A stretch of DNA of 64,000 bases, from assembly GCA_963693365.1 (NCBI GenBank), contig CAVNZM010000002.1:10782328-10846327 (forward strand), given 5' to 3'. Origin of the DNA: Amoebidium appalachense. Lineage: Eukaryota > Protista > Ichthyosporea. Made by a program: the position numbers and the translations under genes. Shown piece after piece: positions 37,911 to 53,059 of the stretch; positions within the stretch are counted from its first letter, which is position 1, and each line of letters opens with the position of its first letter. The notes below the pieces were generated by a model. The model ran no database searches. It was not told the DNA's origin and saw only the letters and a list, made by a program, of their open reading frames with translations.

Positions 37911-39604
37911 CACACACACACCGTTGCTCCCCTGCAAGAAGTCATAGCCAAGTTTCCTGACCGCTATAAAATGGGGAGTGGTGCTGTGCTCAGTAGGACC
38001 ACAAAGGCATGCATGTGTTGATGTGGAACACATAGGGCTGCTAGTACACCATGTGCATGCAGAACACAGACACACACACGGGCTGAGAATCTACACATAT
38101 ACACAGCACATCATCACAATTACTTAAACATAGACACAAAGCCTGCCTACACATACACAAACAGTTCAACCACACACACAGAGAGAGACACAGACCACAT
38201 AAGCAAATTATGTGCATGCGCCCACGTAGGCCAACACAGATGCCTGGACACAAAGAAACAGGGAGCCCACCCACCAAGCACGTGCACACCCTGCACCCCT
38301 GCATGCACTGCAGGCACCGACACGGAGCTGGGCAGGTTGGGATCTTCACGTGGAGTGGCTGCCGGCTGGAGGTGCGGGGCACGCCGGGGATCACGTATGT
38401 GTCGGACAGCACGCCCATGCTGGCCTACATCAACACACACATGGCCCTGGAGCAGCGCCGTGCAGCCGCAGAAAAGAACAAGACACCCGGCCCCCGTGTA
38501 CGTGCCTGCCTGCAGAGCGGGGTGGGTGGGGGGGGTGGCACTGACCGGGGGAGCAGGCCATGGTGGTGGGGGCACCGGATGTGGGCAAGAGCACGGTGGC
38601 GCAGATCCTGCTCAACTATGCGGCCAGGTGCAGCCACAGGCCCCTGTTTGTCGACCTGGACGTGGGCCAGGTGGGGGGTCACAGGGGCTGAAGAGAGGAA
38701 GGGGGCGGGGGGAGGGGGGGAGGGGAGGGGAGAGGCATGCTGTCTGGGATGGAAAAGGGGGGGGGAGGCTTGCTGTCTCGGATGGAAAAGAGGGGGGGAG
38801 GGGGCGAGGCTTGCTGTCTGGGATGGAAAAGAGGGGGGGGGGGGGGGAGGGAAGGGATTGGGGTAGGCATGCTGACTGGGGGAGGGAAGGGGGTGGGCCT
38901 GCTGACTGGGGGGGCACAGGGGGCCATAGCTGTGCCGGGCATGGTCGGGGCACTGCAGCTGGAGAGGCCCACAGCCATCGAGGAGGGGGTGGGTTCATGC
39001 CTGCGCTTCCTGGGGGAGGGGGGGGGGGGGGGGATTGTTTCCTCGGGGGCAAGAGGTGAAATGCTGGTGATACGGAGGAGCTTGAGTGGTTGAGGGGAGG
39101 GTGGAAAGGGACGAGGGTGGCGGGTGATGTGGTGGTAAGCGAGAACTGGTGGGAAGGGTGAGGGGCATTGTGGGTGCACACCCCAGCAACAGTCGCACTA
39201 GCAGCATGTGTGTGTGCCGAAGAGGCCGGGACTGTGCCTGTATGTGAGGGTCCAAGGGAGCTGTTGGGGCAGGAAAAGGGGACGGGGCTGCGATTGGGGA
39301 TGTGGGGGGATAGGGCTGCGAGCATCGGGCGGGGGCACTGAGCAGGTGCTGGCCCCCTGCAGATCACAGCCACGGCACCGCTGATCTACCACTACGGCCA
39401 CACCAGTCCCTCGGAGAACCCCGCCCTGTTCAAGGTACCCTGGGCTGGGGGGTGGGCATGGGTTTGTGTGTGTGTGTGGGGGGGGGGGGGGGGGCATATG
39501 CTGACGGGGGCAACAGCGGCTGGTCAGCAGGCTGGCACAGACCACACAGAAGAGGTGTGATGTGGACGAGAAGGGTGCGTGCACGGGGGGAGGAGGGAGG
39601 GGGT

Positions 39605-39643
<39 letters not shown>

Positions 39644-40972
39644 GGTTGCTGACGGAAGGGCGGGCAGTGCGTACGGCGGGGTATGTGATCAACACGTGTG
39701 GGTGGGTGGACAGCCAGCAGGGGGTGGGCCTGCTGCGCCACACCATCGACCAGTTCCAGGGTATGCCGCCTGCACGTGCCATGCATGCTGCCTGCACATG
39801 CCATGCATGCCGCCTGCACGTGCCATGCATGCTGACACGTGCACAGCCAGTGTTGTGCTCGTGCTGGACCATGAGCGGCTGTACAACGACCTCAAGGGCT
39901 GGTGCAAGGAGCATGCCCCCAGGGCCGAGGTGGTCAAGCTGACAAAGAGCGGGGGGGTGAGTGTGCCCAGGGCCCTGGGCCGGCCGTGTGCCTGGGTGCT
40001 GACGGGGGGGCAGGTGGTTGCCCGGGACAGTGCCTTCCGCCAGCGGGAGCGCAACCAGCGCATCAAGGAGTACTTCTATGGGCCGGGGGGCAGCCTGTGC
40101 CCACACTCAACCCTGGTCAAGTTCGACACGGTCAAGCTGTTCAAGATAGGCGGTGCGTGCATGCCTGCCCCATAGTTAGCTGTGCAAGATAGCCGGTGTG
40201 TTCATGCCTGCCCGTAGTTAGCTGTGCAAGATAGCCGGTGCGTTCATGCCTGCCCGTAGTTAGCTGTGCAAGATTGCCGGTGTGTGCATGCCTGCCCTTA
40301 GTTAGCTATATGCAAGATAGGCGGTGCGTGCACCCTGCCCCGGGGCCCTGCCATGCACTGACCCTCTCCCCAGCACCGCCCGTGCCGCTGTCATGCCTGC
40401 CCCTGGGGGTGGACCCTGCCTTCAACGAGACCAAGCTGACTCCACTGCCGTTCAGCGATGACCTGGTGCATGCGCTGGTCAGCGTCAGCAATGCGGAGGA
40501 GCCCACACAGGCAGTGGTCGACACCAGCGTCGTGGGCTTTGTCTATGTGTATGCATGCCCCCAGCCACACTTCGTCTGTGTGTATGCATGCCCCCAGCCA
40601 CACTTCGTCTGTGTGTATGCATCCCCCCCAGCCACACTTTATGTTTGTGTGTATGCATGCCCCCAGCCACACTTCGTCTGTGTGTATGCATGCCCCCCCA
40701 GCCACACTTTATGTTTGTGTGTATGCATGCCCCCCCAGCCACACACTTTGTCTGTGTGTATGCATGCCCACCCAGGCACACACAACACGCTACCGGCGGT
40801 CACGTTAACAATTGTCCTAGGTGCAGGGGCCCAACCACCCGCGTAACCTGCCCCCCCCTGCAGGTCGCACATGGACATGGCCAACAAGCAGATGACCATC
40901 CTGTCCCCTGCCCCCGGGCCCTTGCCCCGGCGCATTCTGCTGTCCGGCACCCTGCGGTGGATAGAGCAATAG
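36198..40972 (+). CDS. CLP1: Polyribonucleotide 5'-hydroxyl kinase Clp1 (about 13 exons)
   Basis: Spliced reading gives [37 protein letters not shown], Walker [53 protein letters not shown]; stop TAG 40970-40972. Confidence 0.95.
40135..40340 (+). repeat. About 42-bp minisatellite (5 copies) spanning a CLP1 exon end and donor site
   Basis: Unit contains CAAGATAGGCG/GTGCGT. Confidence 0.9.
40537..40780 (+). repeat. 33-38-bp minisatellite (7 copies) spanning a CLP1 exon end and donor site
   Basis: Unit contains TTTGTCTATGT/GTATGCATGCCCCCAGCCACAC. Confidence 0.9.
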
Positions 40973-41320
40973 CAGCGATGTGGCCATGTGGCCATGCTAT
41001 TTTAGGTTGTAGGTGATGGAGATGGCGACCAATAGCGTGAGGGAACACGCTGGATCGACCAATAGCGGAGGGGGGCAGCAGGCTGCCAGCCCAATCAGAC
41101 CCCACGGCTGGCCGTGTGGGACGTGGCATGAATGCACATGAACCTGGACTGCTGTTTGGTGTGTGGACACATGGCCTGTGCGTGGGTGGTTGTGTGTGTG
41201 TGTGTGTGGTGGTGGGGGGGGTCTTCATCAAGCAGGTGTTTTTTTTTTTCCCTTTCCTTTTCTTTTTTTTCTTTTCTTTTCTTTTTTTTTTTGTTTTTTT
41301 GTGTGCGTGTGTGTTTGTGT

Positions 41321-41363
<43 letters not shown>

Positions 41364-41481
41364 GGAGGGAATGGTGAATGGCGTATTTGGGGTGTGTGTT
41401 TGGGGGGGGGGAGAAGGGGAGGGGGGGGGGGGGGGGGGGGGGGGGGATAGTGATGCATGAAGCGTTTTTTTTTTTTTTTTT

Positions 41482-41512
<31 letters not shown>

Positions 41513-42445
41513 GGGGGGATGGACGGCAAGGCGCCGTGGCAGGAGTGGTTGGTGGTTGGTCATGCCACGATAGCAATGGAGAGGCTCCCTGCCACCCCCC
41601 ACTACCAGGGCGGCTGTGTACTCGCAATCACATGGCACCGTGCACTGCATGCATGGGGCTAATGTGGGTGTGCACTGCATGCATGGGGCTAATGCGGGTG
41701 TGCATGGATGCATGGGGCTAATGCGGGTGTGCACTGCATGCATCCTGTATGCCCATGTGCTGGTCATGTCAGCAGCTGTGTGGGTTTTCAGCACAGGCGG
41801 TTCAGTGTGCTAGCCGTCCAGGTTTAGTTTGTGGACTATGGCCATGGTGACCAACCCACGGCAGGTGGGCAGGCGGGTGGTTGTTTGCTCTTGGCCGGTT
41901 GGGGCAAGCTTAAGGCAACAAGCCCACCCCACCCCCCTGCCTCCCCCGGCCGTGGTGGGTAGCCTGGCCAGCAGCCTTTGTCCATGATAGTTGGGTACAT
42001 GTCTGTGCCTCGGTACACGGTGTAATGGGGTGCCGTGTGTCTGCCCAGTATACATCCACGGTAATGGGGTGCTGTGTGTCTGCCCAGTATACATGCACGA
42101 TAATGGGGTGCTGTGTGTCTGCCCAGTCCATTGCAGCCATAGACCTGGCTGCGACCGAAGGAATGTGTGAACTGAAGGGAGTTGATTTGTCGCCTGGGGG
42201 GCAGCAACAAGCCTCTTGGGAGAGGCCCGATTCGATGAATGCGGCCTGCCTCCTCAGCATATGCTCTGCTTGGGGATGCAGTGGAGGCCTAAAGTGCGCC
42301 CAGGGGGAGGGGGGTTGTCCAGCATCCAGTGAGGTGCCGGCATTAAAAACTTCCCTACTGCCAAAACGGAAAGCAACAAGTTGATGTGTTGGCGAAGAAA
42401 CGATCTTCGCTGTGGCTGGTTGGACGGGGGAAGGGGTGGGGGGGA

Positions 42446-42486
<41 letters not shown>

Positions 42487-42656
42487 CTGCTGTCATTCTG
42501 GTGGAGGCTCTAGTCGGCTCAGTGATAATCTTCAACTTGCAGCACATTTCTTACACAAATGGGTACGGACCAGGCCGGACATATCCAGATCGAACAAGGC
42601 TGAGTGAGGTGACCCCACTCCCCCCTCCCCCCGCAGCAGACACACACACGCACGCG

Positions 42657-42745
<89 letters not shown>

Positions 42746-42776
42746 ACACACGCACACACACACACACAGGGAGAAC

Positions 42777-42833
<57 letters not shown>

Positions 42834-42838
42834 CCTGT

Positions 42839-42878
<40 letters not shown>

Positions 42879-43532
42879 CGTTCAAGTGGTGTGCGCGCAT
42901 TTATATTTGGTGTGTGCAAGAGTGGGCGGTGTGTATGTGCTTCCGACCGGGCATGTGTGTGGGCGTGAATCTGGTGCAGAAAGGCAGGCAGGTGTACGTG
43001 GGTGCATATGAGGGTGCATATTTTTTCTTTTTTTGGTGTGTTTAAAATCAGAAATATCATGGAGTGATTGGTGGGCCCAACAGGAGAAGTAGTATGTGGC
43101 AAATGGTGTGTTGTTGTGCACGAAGCAAGATTCGTGTATGGGAGTCACATATTTTAATGGCCACACAATGTGCTTCCACAAAGTGTTCACCAGCTCTCCA
43201 CTATCACACAAGATCTTGGGTGGCAGCAGGCAAATCGTGATGTTCTTGTAGACCATGCCAAGTGCATCCCTTGGCCCGGAAGCAAAATCCACACACACAC
43301 ACACGCAAGCGCGCACACCGGCAATGTGCGCGCGTACACCGGCAATGTGTTACTTGTGTAGCTTCTGATTCGGGGCTCATTTTATTACAGGCATGTACCA
43401 GAGGTGTGATTTGCATTGACCATCTAATTTATTACTTCTAATGAGTCATTCGGGTCTGGCGGGCCATTGGCTTACAAAACCACGGCCTACGGATTTGACT
43501 TTACTCTACGTCAACTCTTAAGACAACTGCTG

Positions 43533-44729
43533 CTACCTGTGCATGTCCAGGTCGATGCTGTGCATGGATGTCAGCTGCGTGCTGCCCCGTGGTGGTGGGT
43601 GAAAGATGGCCCGCAGCACTGCAGGCCGGTCCTTGCGCCCGGCTGGGAGCATTGTGGCTGGTTGGCGGGGTGTGGGGGCCTGCATGCAGGGTAGGGCCAC
43701 CTCCTCCGGGCCCGTGTCGCTGGTGCTGCTGCTGGCAGACAGGCTGTACAGGCGGTCGTCCACGCTGGCCTTGGCATCGGCAGGGCCAAAGTAGGCCGTG
43801 GGGTCGTAGTCGCTGGTGGGGCTGGGGATAGGGCTGTCCTGGCAGAACAGGTCCTGCGGGTGGTTGGCCGTGCGCTGCGCCTTGGCGCTGTCCCTCGGCC
43901 CAACAAAAGGCATCCCCCCAGCACCGGCCGTCCTGGCCAGCAGCCCGGCACAGCGCCTCTGCCTGCGCCTGTGCAGCAGCCACACGGCCATGGCTGCCAG
44001 CGTGGCCAGGGCCAGAGCCCCATATAGGGCCCCCACCACCATGCCCAGACGGCCGGCCTTGCTTTCCTGGGGGCCCTCCTCGGCCAGGCTGCTCTGTGCC
44101 GGTGCTGCTTGCTGGGGGGCCGTGCTGGGCCATGCAATGCTGGCCGGCAGGGTGCTGGCTGTTGCTGCCGTGGTGGCCGGTGGCTGCCGGCTCTGGGCCG
44201 CCATTGCTGTGGGCACCTCGGGCTGGTCGGCCAGATCGACCACACTAGTACTGCCGTTTGGCCCGTCATCCTCTGCTGAATCCTCGGCCACCGCGCAGCC
44301 ATCCACCGGGCGGGGTTGCAGCAGCCATGCGTGGTACGTGCCCTGCATGTTGCTGGGCATGGCCAGGGCCAGCCACTGGTAGGTGCCGGGCAGCAGGCAG
44401 GCCTCCATGTCCAGCACGTGCTGGCCCGCATCCACATCAGTGCTGTCCACCAGTCGCCCGGCATTGTCGCCATCAGCACTCACGGCCAGCGCCAGCCCCG
44501 TGCCGCCGGGCCCAACATAGTAGGCCCGCAAGACACTGGGGGCTGCCAGCTGCAGCGTATGTACGACCACGTGGCCGCCTGTGCCGATAACCCCGGACAG
44601 AGACGTGCATTTGCCCGGAAAGCATTCAGGGGGCTCACGCAAGGTATGCCCCACACTGCTTGGAGCAGCCGTTGCAAGGTGGGCCGCTGCGGTGGCAGCT
44701 AGCGTCGTGAAAGTGTGGCGGTGGGCCAT
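43533..44729 (-). CDS. Intronless single-pass type I membrane protein of unknown function (398 aa)
   Basis: GCCATGG start context, hydrophobic N-terminal signal-like segment, Cys-containing ectodomain, Ala/Thr/Pro stalk, TM segment LGMVVGALYGALALATLAAMAVWLL followed by HRRRQRR. Confidence 0.7.
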   Translation of the reverse strand: MAHRHTFTTLAATAAAHLATAAPSSVGHTLREPPECFPGKCTSLSGVIGTGGHVVVHTLQLAAPSVLRAYYVGPGGTGLALAVSADGDNAGRLVDSTDVDAGQHVLDMEACLLPGTYQWLALAMPSNMQGTYHAWLLQPRPVDGCAVAEDSAEDDGPNGSTSVVDLADQPEVPTAMAAQSRQPPATTAATASTLPASIAWPSTAPQQAAPAQSSLAEEGPQESKAGRLGMVVGALYGALALATLAAMAVWLLHRRRQRRCAGLLARTAGAGGMPFVGPRDSAKAQRTANHPQDLFCQDSPIPSPTSDYDPTAYFGPADAKASVDDRLYSLSASSSTSDTGPEEVALPCMQAPTPRQPATMLPAGRKDRPAVLRAIFHPPPRGSTQLTSMHSIDLDMHR

Positions 44730-45683
44730 GGCTGAGTTTGCGTATGTGTGTGCGTGTGTATGACAGGTGGTTGGTGGGGTGCAGTAGGTGTCAAGCAGTG
44801 TAATTCTAGCCCGATGTGTGTGTGGCCTGCCTGCGTGGCTCTAGCTCATATATATGCTGTTGATCACCAAATGGCAGCAAAAAAGCTGGGAGAAACCCGA
44901 AGTCTGCAAGAATACAGCAGCCAAAGAAATAAGAAGAAGATTTACGGGTTTCTGCTAGTAAAACGCTGGAATATTGGTTTGTGTGCTGGAGGTTGGTGTA
45001 GGTATTCTTCATCGCACAGAATCTGACTACAACCTGCGGAGGGTGAATCTGAGGCCCCAAGCTGAGGCTCCAAGGTTTATATACCCGTGGAGTGCTAATT
45101 CTGACGCATATGATTGGCCATGCAAATCATGCCACAGCAGGCATCCATTGGCTGCTTTTATCACTTGTTGAGTGCTACCAACCAACCCCAGGGCTGGCAA
45201 CCCACGCCAGGGTGTGAAAATAGTGTGTATGCATGTGGATAACGATCGCGAACAGCACGGTGCATCGAACTCTCCAAGTGAACAAATTTAATTTTTCTCA
45301 TTTTACAGGGCCTTCGTTTATTCAAACGAGAAATACGGAGGAATGTCACATGAGAAATTCTGCCCCGGCTGTGTGCACTTCCCTCGACCGAGATCTATGC
45401 ATAATGAATTCGAACCTGACAGTGATATTCAAGAACAGCTAGGGGAGGAGCGCTAGCCTTGTGTTCCGTTTTACAGGATTCGGAACCTGAAAAGGCTTCT
45501 AGATAGACATGCCTTGAAATTATTGTGAGAGATTCGGAGGTTTCCCACGTGCTGCTCAGGATCTGACTGGTGCCGCTGCTTGGCGTACGCAGCGCTCTCT
45601 ATAGAATCTGTTGTACTGATGTAGTTCGATAGCTAATTTTGGATGATACATGATCAGCTATTGTAGCTACCGCATGTACTAAG

Positions 45684-45884
45684 ATGTATGTATCTTCCAA
45701 GGCCCAGGCCTTCCTGATTTCACAGTTACTCCAACATCTTCATGTTGATGTGTTTATTTATCACGACTTATTATGCATTGTCAAAGAGGCCAAAGGCTTC
45801 GAAAACATCAAGAGCCACGGCTGCTACATGAACGGCCGCCGTGTCATGAGTCAGCCAGCTGTGCTTGCAGCCCTTGCTCACTGA
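45684..45884 (+). pseudogene. Possible degenerate glutathione S-transferase C-terminal fragment
   Basis: QAFLI...VDVFIYHDLL...GFENIKS[HGC]YMN[GR]RVMSQPAVLAALAH resembles the final GST helices once two short insertions are removed. Confidence 0.35.
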
Positions 45885-46311
45885 GCGCAATCATTGCCCA
45901 AGCAACGTTACCGTTGCGTGAGGTTGCGTAACGTCGCGTTCTCTTGTATGCCATCATTGCCATGCATGTTCAGAGGGCCGTGATATCGATGTGTTCCAGC
46001 CGTGATATACAAAAAATAGGGGTACACAGAACTACTACACTACTATACCTGCGCAGGTCCACATCATACCGTTATGGCATAGCTCTACATATTTGTGCGT
46101 GGAGTGGGCCGGCCGCGACTGTGAAACCGCAGAAGGGCCAAAGGCCACCAGGCACCGCGGGTTAGGTCCTTGTGGGCATTGTGCACTGGCAGGCAACATG
46201 CTTGCCTGCGCGGTCTAGCCCAGCACAGGCGCACCTGGTCAAGCAGCGGCTGCACGCACTCTCAAGCAACCTGCCGGGCGCTGCAGCTTGCTCCCCTGGC
46301 CGGCGGGCACT

Positions 46312-47607
46312 ATGGCCGCAGCTATGCACCACACCCCCAGGTATTCCTGGCCTTGCCTGGGCCGGCGCCTTACCGGCCTGGCGCAGGCTGACGCCCTGTG
46401 CTTTAAATTGCAGGGTGGCCGGGCCCAGTGTGGCTGATATAGCAGCACGGGTGCGGGTGGGGGATGTGGCCGCCGACTACGCCATAGAGTGGGACGCGTG
46501 TCTGGGTCGGGGCCAGTATGCGGCCGTGTACAAGGCCACGCAGCGCACCACAGGCCAGCTGGTGGCTGCAAAGGTGGGCCCCCTGTCCGCCCACAGGCCC
46601 AAAGAGGCAGGGGCTCACGCAGGGGTCAGATAGTGGACCTGGGCCGGGCGCCTGCGCAGCTGCGGGTGCTGGACGAGATAGAGACGCATCTGCTGTGCAG
46701 CTGCAGCCCGGGCGTGGTGCCGCTGCTGGCGGCCTACCTGCAGCCGGCCAGCGTGGCCCTGGTGCTGCCCCTGGCGGCAGGCGGCGACCTCCTGGACCAC
46801 GTGGCAACCCACGGCCCCCTGTCCGAGGCCAGTGCCCGGGCCACGGTGCTGGGCGTGCTGGGGGTGCTGCGGTTTATGCACACAAACGACCTTGTGCACA
46901 GGCACGTGCTGGCGCCGGGGGCCTGCCGGGGCACGGCACTGACAGTTGCTGCAGGGACATAAAGCTGGAGAACCTGCTGCTGGGCGTCACAGGCACAGTC
47001 ACAGGCACAGTCACAGGCACGCAGCTGTGCGACTTTGGCTTTGCCACCTTCCTGCCCCCAAGCGGCAGCCTGGTTGTGCCCTGCTTCACCCTCAACTATG
47101 TGGGTAGGGTCCCACTGCCCGGGCTAGCTGCCAGCCCAGGCGCACACTGACTGGGGGGCAGCCCCCGAGGTGATTGCCGGGCGGGGCTATGGGGTGGAGG
47201 TGGACTGCTGGGCGCTGGGGGTGGCCACGTACCTGCTGCTGTGCGGCCAGGCGCCCTTTGGCCCCGGGGGCAGCCGGCAGGACGTGCTTGCCGAGGCCCT
47301 GGACGGGGACTATGCCTGCCCGGCCACCCTGCAACCCGGCCTGAGCCCTGCGGCCCTGGACTTTGTGGCCAGCCTGCTGGAAGTCGACCCGGCCAGACGT
47401 GCCACGGCGGACGACGCCTGGGCCCACCCGTGGCTGGCCAGTCAGGTGGGTGCCCTGCTGCCCGGTCAGGCCACACGGGGTGCTGACAGGCCTCCATAGG
47501 ACCCACACACGGAGCCCCCCCTGGTGGACGTGGCCAGCTACCGCCAGGCCTTTGCCCAGGTCGTGGCCCCGTGGCAGCCAGCAGCAGCTGGGCCCAGTGG
47601 CCCGTAG
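46312..47607 (+). CDS. CAMK-group Ser/Thr protein kinase (6 exons; start tentative)
   Basis: LGRGQYAAV, VAAK, GGDLLD, HRDIKLEN (split by a GC-AG intron 46902-46954), LCDFG, PCFTLNYVAPE, VDCWALGV. Confidence 0.9.
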
Positions 47608-48309
47608 ACGGGGGGAGGGGGGAGGGGGGCAGGCTGTGGCCACTCGTAGCAAGTGGCTGGCTAGGCACAGCTCCAAGGGTGCAGCCTCCAAACTACGGGC
47701 CGTAAAAGGCACCAGGGCCTGTGCTGCCAGCCAGTGCTAGACCACACAGCCCCGGGCTGGCTCCAGACTGAAGGCCCAAACATGGAACAGTACATGCGCA
47801 GCCGGGCGGCTCAAGGCAGGGCAACATAGGCGTGGCCGGCACAGCTGGGCCAGTGGTGGTAACAGCACAAACAGAGAGACCCCTGGGGGTTGCAATAAAG
47901 GCTGGCTACAGCGCACACCTTTGGCAAAATTGTCCCAGCCAAGGCTCTAACAAGCCCAGCCCGGGAACCAATCGATGGAGGTAGACAAGCTATAGCGGCG
48001 TAAGGGCATGTTCTATAGCGGCTGCTATAGGCAAGTTCGATGCCATCCTGCTGGTGGCGCAGATAAGTTGCCCAAAGCCTTTAAAGGATAACCATCATAG
48101 TATATTTCCTCGTCCCATGTGACCTCTGGCATTGCCCATCGTGACGGGACATGACGGGATCGTTGACCATATTAAGGGAGCTGCATGTTGTCTAAACAAT
48201 GATACGGTGCCTCGGCAGCATGCCCATCGTTTGCAGGCATGGCCTATATGTCCTACTGATGATAAGCTAAGAACAAGAAGAGGTCTTGCTCACGGGGCAA
48301 ATAGGTACT

Positions 48310-48356
48310 GTACCACGGCCATCTAGAAACACGGTGTTTCTAGATGGCCGTGGTAC
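48310..48356. repeat. Perfect 47-bp palindrome (23-bp arms, 1-nt centre)
   Basis: GTACCACGGCCATCTAGAAACAC-G-GTGTTTCTAGATGGCCGTGGTAC. Confidence 0.95.
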
Positions 48357-48705
48357 TGTACTGATCACCAGGGGTCAGGATCGCTCGAGCGGTATTGAAG
48401 ATTAAAGCGATTGCGATTGCAACATTGTATTTGATTTATGTTCTTGGTGTCTGACTCTTTTCCGATGTGTACACGTCATCAACAACAAAGTGCGCCAGTC
48501 AGTCCGCTTCGCTGTTGGCGAAAAAAAGAAAAACTCACTTCGGCTGGTACACACAGGTTTATAGCCACACACACCTTGCATAGACCGTTAGTTAGACAGC
48601 TGTACTCGTTAGTACTATAAACTAGCAAGCAGGCCTGTCTGTTTGTACCGAAACATACACAGCGAGCGACCAGCTCCAGGCCCCCCACGCACAGCTGCCG
48701 CCACC

Positions 48706-51448
<2,743 letters not shown>

Positions 51449-51797
51449 CAGTAAATCCTTTAAACTCCGTAAACCATGTGTCTGTCACCCTGTGTGCCTG
51501 GGCGCTAGCTGTGCCTGTCCCCTTTGGCTGCAGCCAGGTGGTGGGCACGTGGCCAGCAGACACCACCCATGGTCATGCCATGGCATGCATCTGGGTCTGG
51601 CATGCAGGCCAAATGTGTGGCACCGTGTGCACCTGCCGTGGTGTGGCAACACGTAGTCCAAAACGGGATAATGGGCTGGGATGAAGATTAACGTTCTGTA
51701 TCTGCCTACTTCTGCGTGTGGCAAACAGGCACATGTAATGGAGGTAGATGTGCTGTGCGAATGAGTGTATGGGGAAGGAGATAGGTGGCGGCCGGAA

Positions 51798-51832
<35 letters not shown>

Positions 51833-53059
51833 GGGGTGGAGAAAAACACATGGGAATAAAAAGAAGCTGAAGAAAGGGGAGAGAATTTTGCTCCAGCTTC
51901 TGCCATCCCATCATGCACATGATCACATTGCCCCCCCCCACACACACACCACTAGCACCACAACCACAATGTGCACCACCACCATCACACTAGTGGTCTA
52001 CCGGTACCACCACCACCGTGTGACACCACACCGCCACCACCACCACCAGGTTAAACCACACAGTGCCATTCATACACATGCTGGCATGGCATTCCAGCAC
52101 CACGTGTCTGCCAGGTGACCGCCCTGCACGGCTCTAGGGGGAGTGTGGCATGCACATACATAGTGTGATGTACGAATATTATGTCATATGCTTGATTGAA
52201 CACGGCGTACACAACCGTTTAACTAGGGCGCATCCACTAGGTGCCCAACCACAGTCATTATTGAACACGTACAGGATCTGTGTCAGTCGAGTCGACTCAT
52301 CCATCCACCTTGATGCTGGGGGATGCCGTGGCCAATCCAGCCATGTGGTACTATAGGCTGAGGGCCAGCATGGAGGTGAGCCCTGGCAGCATGCATATGC
52401 GTAATTGCCATATATAGGCATTGCACAGCACGGGGCCATAGCCTCGGACCGATGCAACGGTCGCCTTTGCTATTGTTAGCCCTGAGGCCAGCAGGCCCTG
52501 GGTCCAGGGCTACATCACGCAAGTATATATGTGGGCAAGCAAGCTACGCACACGGCCCACACGTGCATATATATGCCAAGTAAGGGCATGAGTGCTGCGT
52601 GGTGTGCATGTGTGAGTGGGTGGCTAGCTAGTCCTGGCAATAGGATGGGTGGGAGGTGGCAGCGTAGGCCATTTTGCATGCATCATGCAGGGAGGGGGAC
52701 ATGCCCTGATGGGCCATGCATGTTGCCATACACATGGATTGCACCGGTGCCATTATGTTGTCTTATTCGACAGCCGAGGCTGCATCACTTCATACGCACA
52801 TGTAGGCAGTGAAATACTGTTACAGCATTGTGCTCATTCGACAAGAAACGTTTATGACATAGGCATAAGCAGTTACTTACAGTAGTATCATGTCTGGGTT
52901 CATTCGAGAGTATACGTATAGGTCACCTTACATGGGTGATGATGTTCATTCAAGCCTATCAGTCACATTAGGGTCATTCGACATTACAGGCCACAGTGTA
53001 AGGATAGTAGTGCGACATATCCCACAACAGCACGTAGCACTGAGGGATGCCCACCAACG

